In this document: positions 1 to 7,968 of the stretch, piece after piece
How the letters are laid out: every line of letters begins with the position of its first letter
How positions within the stretch are numbered: the stretch's first letter is position 1
Source of the DNA: Acaryochloridaceae cyanobacterium VAR_48_metabat_390
GTDB taxonomy: Bacteria > Cyanobacteriota > Cyanobacteriia > Thermosynechococcales > Thermosynechococcaceae
Direction: 5' to 3'
NCBI GenBank assembly: GCA_031422435.1
Contig: JANPLU010000088.1
Span: forward strand, 1-18,089
DNA: 18,089 bases
Made by a program: the position numbers and the translations under genes
Notes under the pieces: generated by a model
Told to the model about the DNA's origin: nothing
Seen by the model: only the letters and a program-made list of their open reading frames with translations
Database searches by the model: none

Positions 1-32
1 AAAGATAGCTCGATGCCAGGTTTGTATTTAAG

Positions 33-72
33 AAAGACCCCGATTCTTTAATAAAGAGTCGGGGTCTTTTTT
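33..72. terminator. Long palindrome with T-tract; probable (bidirectional) intrinsic terminator or small dispersed palindromic repeat
   Basis: AAAGACCCCGATTCTTTA (33-50), A, TAAAGAGTCGGGGTCTTT (52-69): 18-nt arms with one mismatch (a G-U pair in the + transcript). T6 at 67-72 and an A-rich left flank. Lies ~110 nt past the rloB-like stop. Confidence 0.7.
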
Positions 73-181
73 AATTAATTAGATAGATCGAATTAAATAT
101 AAAATAGATTGAGCTAAAATCCTTGCGATATCTGAAAGCCACTGTAAGTTTAATTACACCAACCTACTTAAATGATGTCAT

Positions 182-769
182 TCAGTTATTATTGATTGCT
201 TTAATCAATTTGTACACATGAGACCCAATTGTAGGCGGCCATCCGTGTTTGATATTTGAATGTAAAGCTTCAGCTCTTACGACAGCATCTGCTACATAAT
301 CTTGATACTGATTCTTTACTAATTTGCTCTTATTATAGCTCCCTAATTTTTTTCTTAACTTCCTTTCAAAATCCTCACATGTTTTGTCTGCTGCATCTAA
401 GTCACCAAAGTGTAGATATAGCCATACTTCAAAGCAAGGATTACTAACGGCTAGTTTATATTTTTTCTGTCTTGCTTGACGACATATCTGACTCAATTTT
501 TCGTCGCCCCATCGATCTACATCTAAGACTAGCCATAAACTATCTTCTTTTCCTAGATCAAATTCTTCTGTGAATTTATTTAATCTATCTAAAACAAATT
601 GAGGCGCAGACTTATTATCTTCTGTTGCTAAGATGTGTATCTTTAGACGTGGCGAAATAATAAAATCCTCAAAGTATTGTTTTTCTGTATGCTTACCTTC
701 AGTCGCAATAACAATTATCTTGGCAATTCTTTTGTCATGCTTGCGATTAAGTAGTTTCGCTCGATCCAT
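182..769 (-). CDS. RloB-family protein (AbiLii-like), TOPRIM-like acidic motifs; putative nuclease effector
   Basis: IIVIATEGKHTEKQYF (hydrophobic strand + EG..TE..YF), WLVLDVD (DxD) and AVSNPCFEVWLYLHF, typical of RloB-like proteins. Directly downstream of an AAA_21 ATPase. ATG at 769 chosen; the ORF track extends to a TTG at 793. Confidence 0.88.
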   Translation of the reverse strand: MDRAKLLNRKHDKRIAKIIVIATEGKHTEKQYFEDFIISPRLKIHILATEDNKSAPQFVLDRLNKFTEEFDLGKEDSLWLVLDVDRWGDEKLSQICRQARQKKYKLAVSNPCFEVWLYLHFGDLDAADKTCEDFERKLRKKLGSYNKSKLVKNQYQDYVADAVVRAEALHSNIKHGWPPTIGSHVYKLIKAINNN

Positions 770-802
770 ATTTAGATAATTATGAGAAAACAATTTCTGT
801 TC

Positions 803-2194
803 TTATTTTTTCTGATCATTGCACTGATTCCAACCTAACGAATCGGGATTACCAAAGAATGGAATCGCTCCAAATCGTCCATTTAGGTACCCTTTTTCGA
901 TTTTTAGATCGGGTCTAATTTTAAATTCTGCTAATGAATAGAGGCTAGATATACCGGAGCTATTTTTTTCGACGAACCATATCTCATCACGACGTAAAAA
1001 ATCTAAATCTAAAAGATTTGTGTCATGAGTGGTGAAAATGAGTTGACTATTATTGTCTTGGCTTGAATACCTTAAAACCATGTCTAAAAATTGTCGCGAC
1101 AATAAGGTATGAAGACGCCGATCTAATTCATCTATAAATATTACTTTTTCCGGCTTCTCTTGAAGCATAAATAGAATGGGGACGAGATTGATAAGCCTTT
1201 GCGTTCCTTCTGATTCCTCACTCATTTCAAAACTAACTAATTTTCCTTCCTCATTCAGGTGTTGTGTTGTGAGTAAAATTAAGCTTAGACTTTCGTTCTC
1301 TGATTTATTTAGCAGATAACGTCTGTTTCCAGGAGTGGAGATCATGACAAAAGCATTTCCACTTGTTTCATCAAAATCCTGAAGAATTTTCTCTTTTAAA
1401 TCTTTAGGTATATCTGGTAAGTAACGCTCAAAATCAAGCTCTACTTCCTCCGTCGCTATTGACTCTATTCCAGTGCCAACAAGTTTTAGTACATTGCTTA
1501 GAAAATTTGTAAAATTTTTGTCCTGAAATACTCCAACTTCCAATCCATTAAAATGTGCTTCTGCGGGAATGATCGTTAGTACATTCTTAAACCATTCGAA
1601 AATAGGAGATATGGTATTAACATTTCGATCTTCAGCTTCTGTTAGAAAAAGCTGATTAGGTCTTGTTCCTTGTGCAATAAAATTTAAGAACTGCTCATGC
1701 TCTTTCTTCTTTCCTCTAAAACTTGCCCCATATTTGACCTTTGTTTCTCGCTGTTCAGTAGTTACTCGTTCAAAGTACATTACCTCTATTTTTTTCCCTT
1801 GAGGGACTACGTATAACCATTCTTCTAGAATTTGGTTTGAGTTAAGTTTAAAACCATACGAGTATTGAGCTTTTTTATAAATAAAAATAAACTCAAATTT
1901 ACTGGGAGCCTTACCTTGACTTCCTAGCTTATATGTATTTATAGGAATACTTTTGCCACTGCGCGTTCCTGTTGTAATTAGATCTTGTGCAAAACTGATG
2001 GCTTTGATTAGATTTGATTTTCCAGCAGCGTTTGCGCCATAGATAGCTGAAATACGCACTAATACCTGATTTTTGGCAGCTTGACTTGAGATTAGATGAC
2101 TTCTATGGCTGTGATCGCTATCAAGCCCCACCATACTAAACGTTGTCTCATCTTTGAAAGAAAGAAAATTTTTGACCGTAAATTGAATAAGCAT
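803..2194 (-). CDS. AAA_21/AAA_15 ABC-type ATPase (RloA/AbiLi-like)
   Basis: N-terminal MLIQFTVKNFLSFKD, Walker A YGANAAGKSN, signature-like ESEGTQR, Walker B IFIDELD..LH, H-switch LIFTTHD, LRRDEIWFVEK and C-terminal YLNGRFGAIP. Confidence 0.92.
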   Translation of the reverse strand: MLIQFTVKNFLSFKDETTFSMVGLDSDHSHRSHLISSQAAKNQVLVRISAIYGANAAGKSNLIKAISFAQDLITTGTRSGKSIPINTYKLGSQGKAPSKFEFIFIYKKAQYSYGFKLNSNQILEEWLYVVPQGKKIEVMYFERVTTEQRETKVKYGASFRGKKKEHEQFLNFIAQGTRPNQLFLTEAEDRNVNTISPIFEWFKNVLTIIPAEAHFNGLEVGVFQDKNFTNFLSNVLKLVGTGIESIATEEVELDFERYLPDIPKDLKEKILQDFDETSGNAFVMISTPGNRRYLLNKSENESLSLILLTTQHLNEEGKLVSFEMSEESEGTQRLINLVPILFMLQEKPEKVIFIDELDRRLHTLLSRQFLDMVLRYSSQDNNSQLIFTTHDTNLLDLDFLRRDEIWFVEKNSSGISSLYSLAEFKIRPDLKIEKGYLNGRFGAIPFFGNPDSLGWNQCNDQKK

Positions 2195-2835
2195 ATTTGG
2201 TTGATATTTTATGCTTTTATGTAAAAACTTGATTTTTGGTCATGAAATTCATGTTTAAGAGACTTTCTCTCCTGAAGAATAATCTTATAACAGAATAACC
2301 ATTTATTTTTTGTGTAAAGTCATATATTCAAAATTCACTCTAAAGTGGATTGCTGTTTCACTGATTTAGGAAAGTGTGAAATTGAGTCGTCATAAGCAGC
2401 CTCACATCACCAATACTCGGGACACTTCTAGAAAGGTAGCTTTAAGGCTTATAGCTTGCGCTCCCGCTAGATCATATTTTATTCAAGTTAGCCTTTTGCC
2501 AGACTTGAATAAAATGATGCTAGGGGATGAAGCTCCTTGTCATGCGGTGATTCCAATCACTAAAAACTGTCCGGAGTATTGATCACTCGACACATCTATA
2601 ATGATCTGTGGATAGGCTAATTGTTGTAACATCAAGGGCGTGCGACTGTTTTCTAGTAACGGTAGATAAGGAAATTCTGACCTATCTGCATTTAAAGCTT
2701 GTACGCCTATTAGACAAAAGTTGATCGCTTTCTCTATATCATTTAACTTGCTTTGATGAGAGGAAGCATACAATCTTAAGAAAGTGTTGCTGAAGGAGAA
2801 GGTATTGATCTCCTAAGTGCTTGACAGATTTAATC

Positions 2836-2874
2836 GAAAGCCTCTCACTCATTATGAGTACGAGGTCTTTTTTA
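2836..2874 (+). terminator. Imperfect hairpin with T-tract, similar to the element at 32-73
   Basis: AAAG-CCTC-TC-ACTCA / tta / TGAGT-AC-GAGG-T-CTTT, with the T-run extending to T6 at 2868-2873. Confidence 0.45.
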
Positions 2875-2897
2875 GATGGGTTTAGCTGGTAATTTAT

Positions 2898-3031
2898 ATG
2901 TCGTTTGAATGCCAGCACGTCATTATTACAGGCGGCTCTAGCGGCATTGGTAAGGCGATCCTCTTAAACTGTCGCAGGCGGGTGCCCACATTACTATCAT
3001 TGCTCACATTGCTTTCTCGAATTGGGGCTGA
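2898..3031 (+). pseudogene. Short-chain dehydrogenase/reductase (SDR) N-terminal remnant, frameshifted and truncated
   Basis: MSFECQHVIITGGSSGIGKAI carries the TGxxxGIG Rossmann motif. Adding one G after 2960 continues it as ALKLSQAGAHITIIA, the expected alpha-B/beta-B segment. Similarity is lost after ~3004 and that frame stops at 3029-3031. Confidence 0.8.
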
Positions 3032-3172
3032 GATCTATTTACTGGTGTTTGTTCTACTGTCAATATGGGTAAGCCACAAGGTTTATCTGCTTTTGAGTCT
3101 ACTCTTGCGGCATTAAACTCCCTAGAATCCTTATTCCCTCTTTATGGAGTAATTACCATCTAAGATAAACGC

Positions 3173-4168
3173 ATGATTCGAGTTATCATTGTTGACGATC
3201 AAAAAGTAGTGACCCAGGGGCTAAAAGCCTTGCTGGAGTCAGAGCCAGATATCCAAATTGTGGGCACAGGCGCAAATGGGCAAGAGGCAATTAGTCTTGT
3301 TTCTAGTTTGCTCCCTGATGTACTTTTGATTGACCACTACATGCCCGTGATGAATGGCGTTGAAGCCACTCAAATCATTGCGGCACAGTTCCCAGGCGTG
3401 GCGGTACTGCTGCTGAGTGGTTCTGACCAAGATGATCACATTGCTGAAGCGCTTCAGGCGGGTGCGAAAGGATATTTACTTAAAACCACCTCTTCTGAAG
3501 ATCTAGCAAACTCCATCCGCTCTATTGAGCGTGGCTATAGCCAGATAGGACCAGGGCTTCTAGAAAAACTGTTGGCAAAAATAAACTCGCCTGCGGCATC
3601 TTCAAATGTGACACCGCTTAATTCGATAGCAGAAAACGCACTAAGAGCAGATCTATCTTACATCCTCAGCCTTCATTCTCAATTTAATGTTCTTCCTATG
3701 GACAGCCTGCTTGCCGCTATCCACGACGTCAGCGTAGCAGTAGCCTTAATGACTCAACTCGAACGACAGCTCCAGCGACAGCCCGATCACGTTAGCGCGC
3801 TGTACCTATCGGGGCAATTTATTTGCAAGTTTCAGCAGCGCAACCAGCGCGCAATGAACTACTTTCGCCTTGCGTTTACCCATGCCCACCATCAATCTTT
3901 TTCACTTCCGGTTCTGCTTCAAATTTGCCACGAAGCATGGGACATTGATTCTACCGAAACCTTAAGTTGGCTTATAGACATTTTGAAACATTGGCCGAAG
4001 GATCAGCCTTCCTACATTTTGTTTGAGACTGTGAGACAAATTTTTGGCTCAGGGACAGATGCTTATCGACAGTTAAAAGCCATTTGGGAGATTCAGCATC
4101 TCGCCCTTTTGTGTGAACAAGTCAATGCGCTAAAGTCTAAGGTGAGAATTTTAGACTTTAGTGCTTAA
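3173..4168 (+). CDS. Response regulator: NarL-type receiver domain plus atypical helical/TPR-like C-terminal domain
   Basis: IIVDD acidic pocket, LLIDHYMP phosphoacceptor Asp, LLLS, GAKGYLLK conserved Lys and GYSQIGPGLLEKLL linker. No LuxR HTH in the last ~190 aa. Confidence 0.88.
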   Translation: MIRVIIVDDQKVVTQGLKALLESEPDIQIVGTGANGQEAISLVSSLLPDVLLIDHYMPVMNGVEATQIIAAQFPGVAVLLLSGSDQDDHIAEALQAGAKGYLLKTTSSEDLANSIRSIERGYSQIGPGLLEKLLAKINSPAASSNVTPLNSIAENALRADLSYILSLHSQFNVLPMDSLLAAIHDVSVAVALMTQLERQLQRQPDHVSALYLSGQFICKFQQRNQRAMNYFRLAFTHAHHQSFSLPVLLQICHEAWDIDSTETLSWLIDILKHWPKDQPSYILFETVRQIFGSGTDAYRQLKAIWEIQHLALLCEQVNALKSKVRILDFSA

Positions 4169-4255
4169 AAATTTTAACTGAGGGGTAAGACCGCAATATT
4201 GTTTTGTATGAGGCGTGAAAATGATTTCCCCAAGATGAACGCAGGGTAACTACCA

Positions 4256-4822
4256 TTGAACGAAATTGACCAACTAGAACAGGAACTTACAGCGCTGAGA
4301 CAGCGGTTTGCTCAATCGCTTGAGGTTTTAGAAGACCTGGCTCACATTAAAGAGAAATTTGAAACCCTGTCTGAAACCTATCAGCTTCTCCAAAATAACA
4401 TTGACCAGGCTAAGACATTGCTAGAGGCTGCTTCTACGCCATCCGTTGAACCACGGTTAGCACATCTAGAAGCTGAAATGGATTTGCGCCATGAGCAACT
4501 TCAGGCACAGTTAACCAATCTAAGGTTTGATTCTGACGCGGCGGCTCGTCAACTCCGAAAAGAGGTGGAGCTAGAGCAGCAGAAGCTGGTAACTCTTAGT
4601 CAGAACAGTAATCATTTGCCAAGTGGGGTAGAGGATGCTAACCGAATCAAGTGGATAGAAAGCTCTTTACAGCATCTTAATAACTCTGTCTATGCAGATC
4701 GGACGACCTTACAAAAGCTAGATCGGCGCGTGGCGAGCATCAAGCGAATGGTCGACATTATTGCGGTCATTGGCTTTGTTGGTTTTATGGTCATGATGTT
4801 AATCTTTATGGTGTTGAAGTGA
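4256..4822 (+). CDS. Hypothetical coiled-coil protein with a single C-terminal transmembrane helix
   Basis: 188 aa, TTG start, L/E/Q-rich heptad pattern over most of its length, hydrophobic tail IIAVIGFVGFMVMMLIFMVLK. Confidence 0.75.
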   Translation: MNEIDQLEQELTALRQRFAQSLEVLEDLAHIKEKFETLSETYQLLQNNIDQAKTLLEAASTPSVEPRLAHLEAEMDLRHEQLQAQLTNLRFDSDAAARQLRKEVELEQQKLVTLSQNSNHLPSGVEDANRIKWIESSLQHLNNSVYADRTTLQKLDRRVASIKRMVDIIAVIGFVGFMVMMLIFMVLK

Positions 4823-4849
4823 CGCAGTTGCCCCGCGAGACGTACAGAC

Positions 4850-6085
4850 TTACATTGCGGCAGCCAGACTTTTGAGCGCAAAGATTTTTTTTACGACGTC
4901 AGAAACTACTCGGTCCGGAGTTGAGGCACCGGAGGTGATACCAACCACGATAGGGCCATTGGGGAGCCAGTTTTCGGTGAGGGTGAGGGGCTGGTTGAGG
5001 GGTTTATGCTCGACGCGGTTGCCAGGGCCAATGCGATCAGCGCAGTCGATATGGTAAGAAGGAATGTCTTTATCAATAGAAATTTCTTGCAGGTGCGTGG
5101 TGTTGGAGGAGTTATAGCCCCCAATGACCATCATGAGATCTAATGGCTCATCGACAAGCTGAAACATCGCATCTTGACGCTCTTGGGTGGCATCACAGAT
5201 GGTGTTGAAGCTCATAAAGTGTTGGTTGAGGGTGGTAACGCCGTATTTACGCATCATGGTGCGCTCAAAGAGTTTGCCAATATGTTCGGTTTCGCCCTTG
5301 AGCATGGTGGTTTGGTTGGCGACTCCAACGCGCACTAAATCTGTTTCGGGGTCAAAACCTTCAGAGTAGGCATTTTTGAACTTACCGAGGAATTCGGCTT
5401 TGCGCTGCGATCGCCCTTCCTCTGTCTCCTCCGTCTCCAAAATATAGCGGCACACGTATTCGGCTTCTTCAAGGTTGAGGACGATCAGGTAAATTCCGGC
5501 AAAGGAGCTGGTGGCGATCGTCTCTTCGTGCTGATATTTGCCGTGGATGATAGAGGTGTAGTCGCTTTTTTTGTGTTTTTCGACGCTGTTCCAGACTTTA
5601 GAAACCCAAGGGCAGGTGGTATCCATGATGGTGCAGCCCTTTTCGGTTAAAAGCTGCATTTCTTGGACGCTGGCTCCAAAGGCGGGCAGAATAACCACGT
5701 CTGAGCCTTCGACGATAGAAAAATCTTTTTGGCCTTGGTCATCGACGGGGATAAATTCGACGGACATATCCCGCAGATTTTTATTAACTGAGGGGTTATG
5801 GATAATTTCGTTGGTAATCCAGATCCGCTCTTTGGGGAACTGCTGACGGGTTTCGTAGGCCAGGGCGATCGCCCGTTCTACACCCCAGCAAAAGCCAAAG
5901 GCTTCGGCTAGACGAATGGTGACGTCGCCTTGGACGAGGGTATAGCCGTTGTCGCGGATTTCTTGGATCAGGTTGCTTTTGTACTCTGAGTCGAGGAGGG
6001 CTGACACGGCTGCTTCGTGACCAAAGCCCTTGCGGTGATACTGCTCAGATTTATGGAGGGAGCGCTTGAAGGTTTTCGTATCCAT
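4850..6085 (-). CDS. ispH: 4-hydroxy-3-methylbut-2-enyl diphosphate reductase (IspH/LytB), cyanobacterial long form
   Basis: Three Fe-S cysteines ([28 protein letters not shown]), plus [18 protein letters not shown] and GITSGASTP. Confidence 0.97.
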   Translation of the reverse strand: MDTKTFKRSLHKSEQYHRKGFGHEAAVSALLDSEYKSNLIQEIRDNGYTLVQGDVTIRLAEAFGFCWGVERAIALAYETRQQFPKERIWITNEIIHNPSVNKNLRDMSVEFIPVDDQGQKDFSIVEGSDVVILPAFGASVQEMQLLTEKGCTIMDTTCPWVSKVWNSVEKHKKSDYTSIIHGKYQHEETIATSSFAGIYLIVLNLEEAEYVCRYILETEETEEGRSQRKAEFLGKFKNAYSEGFDPETDLVRVGVANQTTMLKGETEHIGKLFERTMMRKYGVTTLNQHFMSFNTICDATQERQDAMFQLVDEPLDLMMVIGGYNSSNTTHLQEISIDKDIPSYHIDCADRIGPGNRVEHKPLNQPLTLTENWLPNGPIVVGITSGASTPDRVVSDVVKKIFALKSLAAAM

Positions 6086-6198
6086 ACCGAATTTATCCTG
6101 ATCCTAACGCCGTCAAACAAGGGTGCTATCAACAATTGCCGATTTCTTAACCCATCTTATATCCTAAGCGGTCTAGGGAAGTGCCGTACAGAGATCGC

Positions 6199-7968
6199 CT
6201 ATTTTTCGGCAATTTTTAGCTCGTGGATGTTCCAGAGTGCGCCACCTAGGGGTGAGTATTTTACATTTTGGATGCGATCGCGTACCGCAGAAAACGAAAG
6301 CGGCGAGATCATATAAATAAATGGCAGGTTTTCTTGCACCAACTGCTGGGCTTCGCCGTAAATGGCTTTACGCTTGGTTTCGTTTAGCTCTTGAGCGCCT
6401 TGGATATAAAGATCGTTGATTTTTTGCTCCCAAGGCGCAATTTCTCGACCGGGAATGGGTGGCTCGTCAGGTGCTGCACCCTGGTTAAAGGCATGAAGTC
6501 CACCATCCACAGCCCAGATATTAAAGCTAGAGTTTGGCTCCACGCCCCCACCCGCAAAGCCCAGCATGAGAGCGTCCCACTGTTTTGAACGGCTGAGCTT
6601 ATCGACCAGGGTATTAAAGGCCATCGGATTAAAATCAACCTGAATCCCAATGTTCAGTAAATCTTGCTTAAGCTGAGCGCCCAGCGATTCTCTAATTTTG
6701 TTGCCTGCGTTGGTAATGAGGGAAAATCGAACGCGATTGCCATCTATGTCTATGAGCTGCTTACTAGCATTGTATTTAAACCCTGCCTTAAGCAAGAGCG
6801 CTTTGGCTTTAGCAATGTCATACTCGTAGGTTTTAAGTCCTGCCTTTGGCGATAAATAGTAAGGGCTTTGCACCGGAATCATGGAGTGCTGAAGATCCCC
6901 TAGCCCCTGATAAATGTTGTTGAGCATATCGCGGCGGTTGGTGGCATAGGCGATCGCCTGTCGAAACTCGACGGTATTGAACCACTTGGACTTAATGGAG
7001 TCTACGAAGGGCTTGCCTGCTTTATCCCGCCCCTTGTTGAGGTTAAACGAGAGATAAAGGGTGTTGAGAGAGGGGCCACCATTGTAGAGCTTGAATCCGC
7101 GCTGCTTTTCTTCACGCTTGAGGAGGGAGAAATAGTCAGAGGTGACATCATTTACATCAATGCCGCCAGAGCGAAATTGCAGCATGTCCGTATCGGTATT
7201 TTCGACCACCTGAATCACAACGCGCTCGATGTAAGGCTGCGGTTCGCCTTGGGAGCCATGTCTCCAGTAGTAAGGGTTATGGCGTAAGGTAACGCGCTCA
7301 CCGACGCGGTAGCTTTCGATTTGGTAGGGGCCACAAACAACAATCTTAGAAAGAGGCTGGGTATTTACGCCCCATAGGGACAGAAACTTAGGGTTGCCTT
7401 TTTCATCCTTGGTTTTAATGGAGTCTTCTAAAATGTGCTTGGGCAAAATACCGATGCCCGTCACCCGCAAAAAGGGTGCAAAGGTTTCAGGAATGGAAAA
7501 TTCTACACGGCGCTCGTCTAGTTTACGCACTGTGGGCAGCGCCCCAGTTTTGCCAACGCGCAGGCCATCCCGATAGTTGTTGGGGATTGCCTTATTCAGC
7601 ACCACTTCGTTGTAGGTGAACACCACGTCATCCACCGTGAGGGGTTGACCGTCTGACCATTTCAAATCGGGTTTTAGGGTAAAGGCAATCTGCTTGCCGT
7701 CAGCGGAGATCTTCCAAGATTCGGCTAGGGCTGGCTCAACAGCTCCGGTATTGCCATTTTCTGTAATCAGCCCTTCGCCCAGTAGCGGCAGTACCTCGCT
7801 GGATTCTTTACTTAAAGCCGCATTGAAGGTTTTAGGATCGCTCAGGCTACTCAGCACCAGTTGGGGCACCTGAGCCTGAGCAGATTTAAGCTGCCACTGG
7901 CACCCCGCAAGGCCAAGCACAACCAGACAGCCTACAAGTCCCCAAATTATCCAACGGCGAATCAGCAT
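6199..7968 (-). CDS. ABC transporter solute-binding lipoprotein, family 5 (peptide/nickel type)
   Basis: Signal peptide with lipobox LAGC; SDPKTFN; EPALAESW; FTLKPDLKWSDGQPLTVDDVVFT; GPYQI; NPYYW; FRQAIAYA. Confidence 0.93.
   Translation of the reverse strand: MLIRRWIIWGLVGCLVVLGLAGCQWQLKSAQAQVPQLVLSSLSDPKTFNAALSKESSEVLPLLGEGLITENGNTGAVEPALAESWKISADGKQIAFTLKPDLKWSDGQPLTVDDVVFTYNEVVLNKAIPNNYRDGLRVGKTGALPTVRKLDERRVEFSIPETFAPFLRVTGIGILPKHILEDSIKTKDEKGNPKFLSLWGVNTQPLSKIVVCGPYQIESYRVGERVTLRHNPYYWRHGSQGEPQPYIERVVIQVVENTDTDMLQFRSGGIDVNDVTSDYFSLLKREEKQRGFKLYNGGPSLNTLYLSFNLNKGRDKAGKPFVDSIKSKWFNTVEFRQAIAYATNRRDMLNNIYQGLGDLQHSMIPVQSPYYLSPKAGLKTYEYDIAKAKALLLKAGFKYNASKQLIDIDGNRVRFSLITNAGNKIRESLGAQLKQDLLNIGIQVDFNPMAFNTLVDKLSRSKQWDALMLGFAGGGVEPNSSFNIWAVDGGLHAFNQGAAPDEPPIPGREIAPWEQKINDLYIQGAQELNETKRKAIYGEAQQLVQENLPFIYMISPLSFSAVRDRIQNVKYSPLGGALWNIHELKIAEK

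Larger units (their letters stand above)
74..2835. other. AT-rich, HIP1-free accessory islet (probable horizontal acquisition)
   Basis: Sampled 60-nt lines are 27-37% GC, against 53-65% in sampled uvrA lines. No GCGATCGC. Carries a defence-type gene pair. No integrase or transposase in the window, so the boundaries are approximate. Confidence 0.65.

Noticed and set aside
2376..2582. 68-aa + strand ORF
   Set aside because: GTG start, no recognisable motif, and it overlaps another doubtful ORF.
2821..2826. Perfect -35 hexamer TTGACA
   Set aside because: No -10 hexamer at 16-18 nt spacing.
2898..3116. 72-aa ORF as an intact small membrane protein
   Set aside because: The hydrophobic tail is out-of-frame read-through after the SDR frameshift.
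6199..7968. Solute-binding protein without permease or ATPase genes
   Set aside because: Dispersed ABC transporter components are normal in cyanobacteria.
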